Origin: Cyanophora paradoxa CCMP329
Lineage: Eukaryota; Plantae; Glaucophyta
Reading direction: 5' to 3'
DNA length: 64,000 bases
Assembly: GCA_004431415.1 (NCBI GenBank)
Contig: QPMI01000104.1
Coordinates: 248,001-312,000 of the forward strand
Part shown: piece after piece, positions 1 through 10,457 of the stretch
Layout of the letters: every line of letters starts with the position of its first letter
Numbering within the stretch: position 1 is the first letter of the stretch
The notes under the pieces: generated by a model
What the model saw: the letters and a program-made list of their open reading frames with translations, nothing else
Database searches by the model: none
Told to the model about the DNA's origin: nothing
Made by a program: the position numbers and the translations under genes

Positions 1-3000
1 AGGCGTCGCGCTGGTCCAGCGAGAGGAGGGCGCTCCTCGAGAAGGCGTTCGCTCTGCCGCGCCAGCGCCATGAGAGGAGGCGGGCGAGAACGGTACGGGA
101 CGGGACGGGGCGGGATGAGGGGGCGCACGTCCACTCCACAGCGAACTCGCCGCCGGGGTACACCTGACCCGTCGCGCCGGCGGAGAGCGGCGTCTGGGGA
201 TTCGGCTGCGTGACCTGAAGCTTGGCTGCGCGGGCTGTCAGGCAAATCGTTGGCGCGGCAAACAGGTACGCGACGCACGAAGAGTGATCTGTGATGAGAG
301 GGATTAGCCAGGACACGGGAGTGACGGAAAAGAGCGGGGCAAAGCGCACATCGACGCTGACGAAGTGCCAGGGGTACATGACGAAGAGCTCGTACTTGTA
401 GGGCTCCTCGGGGGTAGAGCGGTCGATGAGCTCCGAGTCGTAGATCGCGTCCTCGGCGTCGATACCCTCCCGCCCGTTCAGGTTGGAGAGCTGCGCGGCC
501 GTCAGATGGGAAACAGCGGAGTCGAATGGCTCGCTTGCCTCAAGGCTTTGGACGGTGACTTGAGCGAGGAGGTCGTACACGATGACCTTGGGGCGAGCGT
601 TCCTCCAGCAGTCGTGGGTGCACACGAAGTCGCCGAAAACGAGATCCGAATCTTGACAGTTCGGATTGACCCCCGCGGCAGGGGTGGGGCTCGCTTGCGG
701 GTGGAAGGCGTCGCCTTCAACAAAAGTCAGACTCTAAAGAAAGATGGCACATTCTTTTTAAGAGCATCTTCTGTCGCTCACTGAACAGGCACGTGGCTTT
801 GCCCGACGCCAGAGCGATGAGAAAGTTGGGATTGCTGGTCGAGTAGACGACGTCGATTGCGTAGCCCGGAGGAAGGTTAACGTTAGGAAGCTGGCGGGGG
901 TTCATCTCCATGAGCATAGCGATTGGATCCGTCCCGTTCATATTAGATTCAATCTCTGCAAAAGCAGCAGCCGTCAATACATGGGCGCGGAGATGCAAGG
1001 GTGCGCAAAGAAGAGGCACGCCATCCAAGTCGAGGTAGTACAAGCCATTGCGCGCGTCCGCGTCGCCGTAGCGCATGCCGAAGTACAGCTTGCGGCCGTT
1101 CGCAGAGAAGCCCATCTTCGAGACGCACCCGCTGTAGTTCCCGTTCCAACCTGCGGACGGGAACTCGCTCTGGTTCTTCGAAAGTTGCGAGGGCAGCGGA
1201 TGGCAGACCTCCAGCGACATAATCGAGCCGAAGATTGGTACCCGGGACATTCGAACTGAACACAAACGGTATGTCCTCTTTCAAATTGGAGTATCGGAGG
1301 AGCCGGTTAGCGAGATGAAGGCCCTGAAAAACCCGTCAGCGCGCCCCGGAAGCCGCAGTCGAGGCGGACAAGAATCAGCTGCAGCCATGGTCACCTCGCA
1401 TGAGTCGTTCCACCGGTACACCGGATAGCGCACTGTGCAGTGGTTAGAAAAGCTCCGAGCGGAACCCGATCGCGAGACAAGCGCACAGAAGTACATATAA
1501 GTTGCATTCACGTTGTCCGGCCACCTATGAAACGCGGTCAGCGACATTGACATCATCTGCGTCGTCATTGCACCTCAAAATCTGTGTGGTCGTCGTCTCG
1601 AGACCTTGCAGCGCAGGGCGTGAGCTGAAGATTGCGCGGATGAAGAGTCGACGGGTCACGAACCTTGAAAATCGATGTCCACGACACGTAAGTCGTTCAC
1701 CAAACCCAACTGATTCGGTTCAAAATTACGATTTCAGAAGCCATAAGTTAGACAGCAAACCCACATTAGACTCAAAGGCGAGATCCTCGAGCTTCAAATT
1801 GTTGACGTCGAGAGATGGCTGCCCGCCTCCCTCTCCCATCGAGGTGACGCCCGTGACTTCCACGACGAGCCCATAGCTGAGGCGGCTCCCCCCGAAGAAA
1901 GGTTCGCCGCCGGCAAAGAAAGTGTGAATTGGACTGTTTTCGCGTTAGAAGGTGCCCGAAATTTAAATGCTGTCAGTGACACTCACAAATTCGGATCCGT
2001 TGTCATGATGGAGGCGCAGTCCCCGTAACTGGTCAGCAAAATCAGCTTCAGCTGAGAAAGGGGGCTTCCGCCGACAAAGCAGGGAGCACCGTGCTTTAGT
2101 GCTCCAACCGAGGTTTTGTGAAGTGTCTATGTACTGGAGATCTGTCGGGGTTTCTCCCGGGGGCATAGAGCCGACGCTGTTCCGGATGCCGTACGGAAAG
2201 GTTGTGTTGAACTGCACTCTGATAAGCATTGGCGGACCGAAGATGTACCGATGGTTGTAAAGCATCGCCCAGAGTTCTGCGCGGATTAAAGCACACCGAA
2301 GTGAGCCGAAAGCTTTAGGAAGATGGATACAGAGTGCACCGGGAGCACGGACCGTCGTACTCGGGGTACGAGATTGCGCACATGGAGGTCACGACCATTG
2401 CTGTTAGGGGAGAACTGGTGCCCTCGCCAAAACAGCAGCGGGTTACAGAGACGGGCCCCTGCTCAGGCGATCCTCCCGGTGGCGGGGTACGCTGAGAACG
2501 CACGGCCAGCTGAAGGCACGGGGTACATCGAACTTAAAGGAGAAGACGTACCCAGTACTGAGCGATCCGGGAGGACTCGAACGTGCCCGTCATAGCGTAG
2601 TTGTTCCTCGCCACGTAGACGAAGGGCGACCGGCCGCCCTGGCTCGACGTCAAGGGCGGAGAGCAAATGGCGGGGCGGGACAGGGCAGACGGACCGGTCC
2701 CTCGGTAGGGACGGCGAGCGCGCGGGCGGGGTATGCGAAGTAGGAATCGGACCCCGTCATATTCCAGAGGGCCCACCGGTGGACGGTCCCCAGGCCCCAC
2801 GTGAAGTTCGTTGCCAGGTCTGCGCACGCAGGTGAGGGTGCGTTCAGACGCTGGGGGGGGGGAGGGGAGGGGGGGAGGAGAGAGATTGGGGGAGGGGGGG
2901 TTGGAGGGGGAGGCGGAAGAAGAAAGGAACGAAAGCCGAGGATGAAATGAAGGAGGGGGGAGGGGGAGGGTAAGGCCTAGAGTAGTGGGGTACTGCAGTA

Positions 3001-3500
3001 TTGGACCCCTAGAGTACTGCAGTAGTGGGAGGAGGGTAAGGCCTAGAGTAGTAGAGGGGGGGGGAGAGAGAGAGAGGGAAGGGGGGGGGGCGGAGCCGTA
3101 GGACGGGGCCAGAAAACTTAGTGCCCTCTAGTGAAAGCTAGTTAGCACTGGGAAATTACTGGTAGACCTAGGGTACTGGGGTGTTGGGGGGGCTGGGAAG
3201 ATGGGGGTACTGGCGGCGAACGAGACGGGGATGGCATCGAGGGAGCGCACCGACTCCTGGACCTTCAGCAACGAGAGGAGGTTCCACGACGACCGCGACG
3301 GCCGCGGCGCGCGGGACGGCCGCAGCGATGACGGCGAGCAGCAAAGCGATCGCCGCGGCGGCGGCCGTGGCCCAGTCCCCGCATCGCCTCCGCGGTCCGC
3401 GTGCCGCTCGTCTGAGCTGCGTTCTTCTCGCACCCGGCATCGCGCCCGCGGTCTGCTCCCGAGAGTTCCTCGGTGAGCGCTCACGCTCGGGGCTGCGCAT
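1..3500 (-). CDS. Multi-exon gene for a large, probably secreted protein of unknown function; runs off the left edge
   Basis: Hydrophobic leader AAAAIALLLAVIAAAVPRAAA (ORF 3168-3500). Spliceable exons downstream include DLATNFTWGLGTVHRWALWNMTG (~2760-2820), GGRSPFVYVARNNYAMTGTF and KMGFSANGRKLYFGMRYGDADARNGLYYLDLDG (beta-propeller-like blade). The exon chain was not fully resolved and the start is uncertain. Confidence 0.55.
2850..3110. repeat. G/purine-rich low-complexity tract inside a long intron, with short direct repeats
   Basis: Runs of G and GA; ggagggtaaggcctagagtagt occurs twice (~2965 and ~3031). Confidence 0.7.
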
Positions 3501-4867
3501 GCGGCTGGATCAAATTCAAGCGTCCGGGACGGCCACGGGCGCGGGCGAGCGTACCACGACGTAGAAGTAGCTCTAGGAACTGCGACAGGCGCAGCAGCTA
3601 CGCGAAGCAGGGTGACGTTGGTTAGCCATGGGAGTCGCCAGGCCCGCGCCGCCCACGTCATGGGCGGCGAAGGAGAGGGCATCTATGCAGCACAAGGTGG
3701 TTTATGCTCTAAGATAGAGAGCTTGAACGCCGCCTGGGGCCGTGCGCGAGTCCGGCGGCGCTCTCGGATTTGAACAGAGGCGTCGGCGCTCTGCAGGCGC
3801 TGGCCGAGAGCGCAGCGATCGGAATAGGGTGCTCTCACATTCGGAATGGTCCGCAGGAGCTTTCGACGCGCTCGGCGGTCTCGGCGGTACCGGTCAACGT
3901 CTGTCGAGGTTGTCGCTTGTCGAGGCTGGCGGCGCGTCGAGAGATGTTTCGCTGGTGGACGCAGCAGTTGTCTAACGACGCCCAGCCGTGCCGACAGGCC
4001 CCGGACAAAGTCGCGGAGGTCCGCCACCGCTGCGGGGCGGGAGTCCTGTACCCGGCAAGCGCTGAAATTTCCGGATCTCGATCCGGATTCCGGATCCGCA
4101 TCCGCAGGCGCAGCCGACCCCGGCGCTAGGCGCCGCTAGCGCTAGCGTAGCGCGCGCGCTACTAGCTAGCTAATAACTGTATACACAGCTCGTTTTTTTT
4201 CCTAATCGACTCGACATGCCCGTTGTATATGGTGTATACCGGGCATGGTGTCAGCCTCGGGTCTCAATTCTGACCGAAGGGAAGAAGAGACCAGAGGCTA
4301 TACTGCCGACTCGTGACCCGTTAATCGAGTAGTACCTGCTTCAATCCAATAGTGTTCAAGGAGTACCTGTCGGACTTTCGAGGTGTCGTGATTACCGATT
4401 GATGAAAGCTCTGGTAACTGCAGTACCGATTGTTAAAAGCTCCGTAAGGACGTACGATTGAAACGAGATTCTGCCGGGGTACGTGTTTGTGTAAAAGCTC
4501 CGTAACTTGGTCCTAGCCGGGTCTTAGCTGACTTGGTGCTTGCGTGTGGGCAAGCGTCTGTGCGGTATGCTGGCCGTCGCGATCGATCGCAAGGCCTTGG
4601 ATATTTCTTCTATGGATGTTAGCAAGTGCGCTGAGCGTGCTTCCACATCGGCCCTGAGCTAGGATGGAGGTTTTCGCGATCGGCGATCGCGACCTGATGT
4701 ATTCGTATGTCTGTACCCCCTGTTGTCGATTAATCATAACGTTTCCGGATCCGGATTACCCGAACATTACGTTTTCTTGTTAACACCCGACGTTTCTTGT
4801 TCAAAAGTTACGTTTTTAATTTGTTTTGTTAACGCGTACGTTTCTTGTTAACACCGGGTACCCGATC

Positions 4868-5095
4868 GGCCCGGCGGATAACAATTCCTACCAAACGTAG
4901 CTCAAACGCGAGCCGAGCGGGCGCGCAGCGACCGCGAGGGGAGCCCATTAACGTTTCTTAAAAAGCTTGTAGAGGTTAACGTTGCCGGATTACCCGAATG
5001 GCCCGGCGGATAACAATTCTTACCGAACGGTTAACGTTAACGTTAACGTTATAACCAGTATAACTAATTCAAGTCGCGACCCGAGCGGGCGCGCA
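4868..5095 (+). repeat. Two degenerate direct repeats; the second is interrupted by the foldback complex
   Basis: ggcccggcggataacaattc(c/t)tacc(a/g)aacg at ~4868 and ~5000. The first copy continues cgagcgggcgcgcagcgaccgcgaggggagc; the second resumes as cgcgcagcgcccgcgaggggagc at 9030. Confidence 0.7.
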
Positions 5096-6249
5096 TGCTA
5101 GGGATCTAGGAGCGCATACTACTAAGAAAATTAATACATCAATTGGGTTGGGAATTATGTGTTGTGTGATGGCGCAGCGAGGGGGGCAGCGGGCTAGGCG
5201 ACAGATAGCAGTAATGGAGGTTGCATGATACTGAACACGATACATTAGGCGGCGTCTAGCCCCGTCACCATCGGTTTTCGACCACTGCGGGCGCGGGATT
5301 CGCGGCGCGCGATCGGCAAGACAGCTACACGAGTGCTAGGGAATCGGCGCGCATAGGTCCTTTTTGCTAGCGGATCCCCGCTGCGCGCCCGCGCGCCAAG
5401 GTCCCGCGCGCCCGCTTGCGGAGGGGGGGGACAGCGATTCCGTCATGCAGTCCGCGCTGCTAGCGCTCTGGTCGCGTTATGCATGCGCGGTACAGCGCAA
5501 CGATTGCGCTGTGTACCGCTTCGGGTCCTCCGCGCTGCCGCCGCCGCGCCAGCGCCGGTTTTGGGGCTGCCCAAAACCGGGGGGGACAGCGTTACGAGGC
5601 ACCGGTACCAGCTCCAGCCACACATCGCCCGGTGTGCGAAACGCTCGAGCGCGTCGCACTCCCCAGGCGCCGCCGCTATATCTGGCGCCTCCATCTGGCC
5701 CCGCTCGCCGCCGCAGTACACGCCGCACATCGCGGCACATGTACAGCTACTGCTATAGGTCCGTGGCTCACTTTGCATCGTGCTCGGTTCGCTCACCGCG
5801 GGCGATCCGGCGCGGCGCATCTGGCGGTTCGTCGCCCTCGCGCCGCCGCCGCATGTCAACGCGATCCCGTGCGCGCTCCATCACGAGCCGAAAAGCCGGC
5901 GTTGAGGTCTGCACACGCCCGCGCCGCCCCCTGCGCCGAGCGCCGACCGCGGCCTGCCCGCGCTCATTTGCGCAGGGCGATCTCCGTTACCGCGCGTGCT
6001 CTGGGGGCACCTCGCCGTCGACGCATGGGACTCAATGGCTGCTGGCGTCTTGCGCAGTCAGAGCCAGGATCGCCGACGAGCTGCAGCATGCCGCCCCCAT
6101 GCCCTGCGCGCGCGCGCTTCGCCACAACCACGTATCCGCGGTGCGCGGGCCAGCCGCCTTTGCCCGCTCTTTGATATTCAATCGGAGGGTCTTTTTGAGC
6201 GTGGCGTCAGCCACGCTGGGCGCTGCTCGCGCAGGGATCCCGCCCCCCG

Positions 6250-6970
6250 CCGCCCCGCCAACCACGTACCCCGGTGCGAGGCCCGGCCCGCGCCCCCGGC
6301 CCTGGCGATGCCCGCCGGGGCTCTAGTGCCGCGCCCGGAGGGCCGCCGAATCGCTTGGGAGGCGGCGCTGAACGCTGCTCCCGCAGGGCCCCCGCCCCAC
6401 ACCCCGGCTCTCCGTCGCCCCGCCAACCACGTACCCCGGTGCGAGGCCCGGCCCGCGCCCCCGGCCCTGGTTCTGCCGGGCGGGGCTCTAGTGCCGCGCC
6501 CGGAGGGCCGCCGAATCGCTTGGGAGACGGCGCTGAACGCTGCTCCCGCAGGGCCCCCGCCCCACACCCCGGCTCTCCGCCCCCCCGCCAACCACGTACC
6601 CCGGTGCGAGGCCCGGCTCGCGCCCCCGGCCCTGGTTCTGCCGGGCGGGGCCCTAGTGCCACGCCCGGTGGGCCGCCGAATCGCTTGGGAGGCGGCGCTG
6701 AACGCGGTTTCCGCAGGGCCCCCGCCCCCCGCCTCCCCGCCCCCCCGCCAACCACGTACCCCGGTGCGAGGCCCGGCCCGCGCCCCCGGCCCTGGCTCTG
6801 CCGGGCGGGGCTCTAGTGCCGCGCCCGGAGGGCCGCCGAATCGCTTGGGAGGCGGCGCTGAACGCTGCTCCCGCAGGGCCCCCGCCCCCCGCCCCCCGCC
6901 TCCCCGCCAACCACGTACCCCGGTGCGAGGCCCGGCCCGCGCCCCCGGCCCTGGTTCTGCCGGGCGGGCC
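6250..6970 (+). repeat. About five tandem ~160-165-bp GC-rich subrepeats (left inner arm of the foldback)
   Basis: Anchor ccaaccacgtaccccggtgcgagg at ~6258, 6423, 6588, 6748 and 6907. Confidence 0.9.
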
Positions 6971-7089
6971 CTAGACAGGCCGCTGCAGGCCGCTGCCACG
7001 CAGTGCAACGATGGCTATGAAAGGCCGCTGCATGCGCTCCGCGCGCCCGTCACAGCGTCAGCCCCCGGTTTTGGGGGCGCCAAAACCAG

Positions 7090-7880
7090 GGCGGGGGGCG
7101 GGGTCCCTGCGGAAACCGCGTTCAGCGCCGCCTCCCAAGCAATTCGGCAGCCCTACGGGCGCGATATTAGGGCCCCTCCAGGCAGAACCAGGGCCGGGGG
7201 CGCGGGCCGGGCCTCGCACCGGGGTACGTGGTTGGCGGGGAGGCGGGGGGCGGGGGGCGGGGGCCCTGCGGGAGCAGCGTTCAGCGCCGCCTCCCAAGCG
7301 ATTCGGCGGCCCTCCGGGCGCGGCACTAGAGCCCCGCCCGGCAGAGCCAGGGCCGGGGGCGCGGGCCGGGCCTCGCACCGGGGTACGTGGTTGGCGGGGG
7401 GGCGGGGGGCGGGGGGCGGGGTCCCTGCGGAAACCGCGTTCAGCGCCGCCTCCCAAGCGATTCGGCAGCCCTACGGGCGCGATATTAGGGCCCCTCCAGG
7501 CAGAACCAGGGCCGGGGGCGGGGGTACCGGGGTACGTGGTTGGCGGGGCGACGGAGAGCCGGGGTGTGGGGCGGGGGCCCTGCGGGAGCAGCGTTCAGCG
7601 CCGTCTCCCAAGCGATTCGGCGGCCCACCGGGCGCGGCACTAGGGCCCCGCCCGGCAGAGCCAGGGCCGGGGGCGCGGGCCGGGCCTCGTACCGGGGTAC
7701 GTGGTTGGCGGGGGGGCGGGGAGGCGGGGGGCGGGGTCCCTGCGGAAGCAGCGTTCAGCGCCGTCTCCCAAGCGATTCGGCGGCCGTCTGGGCGCGGTAC
7801 TAGGGCCCCGCCCGGCAGAACCAGGGCCGGGGGCGGGGGCCGGGCCTCGCACCGGGGTACGTGGTTGGCGGGGCGGCGGG
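7090..7880 (-). repeat. About five inverted copies of the same ~160-bp subrepeat (right inner arm)
   Basis: Anchor ggtacgtggttgg at ~7223, 7383, 7532, 7697 and 7857. Confidence 0.9.
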
Positions 7881-9084
7881 GGGCGGGATCCCTGCGCGAG
7901 CAGCGCCCAGCGTGGCTGACGCCACGCTCAAAAAGACCCTCCGATTGAATATCAAAGAGCGGGCAAAGGCGGCTGGCCCGCGCACCGCGGATACGTGGTT
8001 GTGGCGAAGCGCGCGCGCGCAGGGCATGGGGGCGGCATGCTGCAGCTCGTCGGCGATCCTGGCTCTGACTGCGCAAGACGCCAGCAGCCATTGAGTCCCA
8101 TGCGTCGACGGCGAGGTGCCCCCAGAGCACGCGCGGTAACGGAGATCGCCCTGCGCAAATGAGCGCGGGCAGGCCGCGGTCGGCGCTCGGCGCAGGGGGC
8201 GGCGCGGGCGTGTGCAGACCTCAACGCCGGCTTTTCGGCTCGTGATGGAGCGCGCACGGGATCGCGTTGACATGCGGCGGCGGCGCGAGGGCGACGAACC
8301 GCCAGATGCGCCGCGCCGGATCGCCCGCGGTGAGCGAACCGAGCACGATGCAAAGTGAGCCACGGACCTATAGCAGTAGCTGTACATGTGCCGCGATGTG
8401 CGGCGTGTACTGCGGCGGCGAGCGGGGCCAGATGGAGGCGCCAGATATAGCGGCGGCGCCTGGGGAGTGCGACGCGCTCGAGCGTTTCGCACACCGGGCG
8501 ATGTGTGGCTGGAGCTGGTACCGGTGCCTCGTAACGCTGTCCCCCCCGGTTTTGGGCAGCCCCAAAACCGGCGCTGGCGCGGCGGCGGCAGCGCGGAGGA
8601 CCCGAAGCGGTACACAGCGCAATCGTTGCGCTGTACCGCGCATGCATAACGCGACCAGAGCGCTAGCAGCGCGGACTGCATGACGGAATCGCTGTCCCCC
8701 CCCTCCGCAAGCGGGCGCGCGGGACCTTGGCGCGCGGGCGCGCAGCGGGGATCCGCTAGCAAAAAGGACCTATGCGCGCCGATTCCCTAGCACTCGTGTA
8801 GCTGTCTTGCCGATCGCGCGCCGCGAATCCCGCGCCCGCAGTGGTCGAAAACCGATGGTGACGGGGCTAGACGCCGCCTAATGTATCGTGTTCAGTATCA
8901 TGCAACCTCCATTACTGCTATCTGTCGCCTAGCCCGCTGCCCCCCTCGCTGCGCCATCACACAACACATAATTCCCAACCCAATTGCTGTATTAATTTTG
9001 GACCAGAATGCGCTCTAGTGTCCCTGATACGCGCAGCGCCCGCGAGGGGAGCGACCGTCCGTCGGTCGGAGACTCGGATCCGGA

Positions 9085-9270
9085 GTACCGTACGTAGTAC
9101 TACGGTACGTACTAGTACTACTACGGTACTAGCCTAGTAGTCTGTCGGACTACCGTACGTAGCCTAGTAGGATACGTACTAGTACTATAGTAGTAGTCCG
9201 CTACTAGCTATATTTACTATTTAGTCTACTAGTACTAGTACTACGTTTATACTAGCTATAGGCTAGGCAG
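9085..9270. repeat. Low-complexity tactag/gtac tract
   Basis: Repeated tacta, tagta and gtac words. Confidence 0.7.
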
Positions 9271-9299
9271 CTTATCCGAATATTAATAATCCGATCCGA

Positions 9300-9476
9300 T
9301 TTTTTTTTTTTGGTGAATTACCGGCCACAGCCTCTAGTCTACTCCAGCACTGCGGGGGCGTATACAGGCAAGGTGGGACATGATCGATCGGAATTATGTG
9401 GAGCGGGCGGGATTCGAAGGCGTGATTCTCATCGCAGGGCGATTCGAACACGGAAGGCATGAATTGAAAAGCGTGT
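9300..9476 (-). mobile_element. SINE-like retroposon (family 1), 5'-truncated, with poly(A) tail
   Basis: Poly(T) from 9300, then the reverse complement of the element at 21533-21747 (ggagtagactagaggctgtggccggtaattcacc-A tail; B-box-like ttcgaatcc). Confidence 0.7.
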
Positions 9477-9960
9477 ATGATAACCACACCGATGATCAAT
9501 CGCGCTAGCTATATATATATATATTAATTGTTACCCGCTTCGGTTTCCGTGGTCCGTTCGGACGTGGACCAGAATCTAACCCGAGGCTGCACTGCCACTG
9601 GCAGGACTGTTTATATATATACAAGTCCGAACACCTGCTCAAGTAACAGTGTACCCAGTTGAGTTGAAATCGCTTACTACGTATACGGCGAGTCCAGTCA
9701 AAAAGCTACAGTCTAAAACTCGGGCGACTTGGTGATTGGTCAATTAAACCCAGCAATTCCGATTGGCCAGCTAGCAAGCGGGGGGGGTGCGGGGGGGGGG
9801 CGGAGCCCCCCCTGCTTGTTATATAAGTATAGCTGCACTGCGACAGCCGGCGCCTGGCAGCTGCAGCCTCTGCATGCGCACTGCGCAGTGCGCATGCGCC
9901 GCGGCGCGCAATACTACCGTAGTACGGCCCGCGGCCCGGAATTGAACTCTCTAAGAATCT

Positions 9961-10396
9961 CTAAGAGAGGAGGGCGCCCCTGAGGGAGGCGGCGGGGTCA
10001 GGGGGGAGGCCGCAGAAGGGGCAGCGGGCCCCGCCGGGCCCCTCGAAGCACTCGCCGCAGAGGGCGAGGTGGCGGCACGGCAGCGCCAGCACCGCCCGCG
10101 GCCGCGCCCCGCACGCGAGGCACGCCCGCGCCTCGGCGGCGCTCGCCTCCGCCAGCGCCGACGCGACGGCCACAGCCCCCGCCGCGAGCCGCTCCTGCGC
10201 CCGCCGCAGCTCCGCCGCTGAGAGTCCGGCGAGGGCGGCGGGGCCGACGGGCGCGCTGTCCGCCAGCGCCGCCTCCAGCGCCTCCACCCGCGCCCGCAGC
10301 GCCCCTGCGAGACCGTCCGCGTCGGTCGGGCGGGGAGGAAGAAAGGAGGGGGCGGGGGATGGGGGCTACCGCTTCAGCCGGGGAGTGCCCGCGGGA

Positions 10397-10457
<61 letters not shown>

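Larger units (their letters stand above)
5145..8981. mobile_element. Foldback-like non-autonomous DNA transposon, 3,837 bp
   Basis: Arms 5145-~6289 and ~7837-8981 are near-perfect reverse complements (mirror ORFs 5364..6326+ and 7800..8762- are identical until the last residues). Termini GGGTTGGG...CCCAACCC, flanked by AATT on both sides (5141-5144, 8982-8985). No transposase ORF. Confidence 0.8.
5096..9029. mobile_element. Short degenerate palindromic element (~95 bp when empty) that hosts the foldback element
   Basis: Left end tgctagggatctaggagcgcatact...aaaattaataca versus right end (reverse complement) tatcagggacactagagcgcattct...aaaattaataca. Flanked by direct repeat cgcgca (5090-5095 and 9030-9035). 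Confidence 0.55.

Noticed and set aside
3683-4139. Overlapping short ORFs as a separate gene
   Set aside because: No recognisable motif or consistent splice structure.
4193-4740. Oligo(T), a small hairpin and ~30-bp degenerate repeats (taccgatt...aaagctc) as a retroelement 3' end
   Set aside because: No TSD, no second copy in the window and no recognisable ORF, so it cannot be supported.
4875-4889. gcggataacaattcc matches half of the lac operator (again near 5006)
   Set aside because: The other half-site and any vector context are missing, and it lies within a local degenerate repeat. Treated as coincidence.
6250-7880. Regularly spaced repeats as a CRISPR array
   Set aside because: Whole ~160-bp units repeat with no unique spacers; no cas genes; eukaryotic context.
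5364-8762. Long ORFs (320 aa, 650 aa) inside the foldback element
   Set aside because: Pro/Arg/Ala/Gly-rich translations of GC-rich repeats, open in several frames, with no transposase or other motif.
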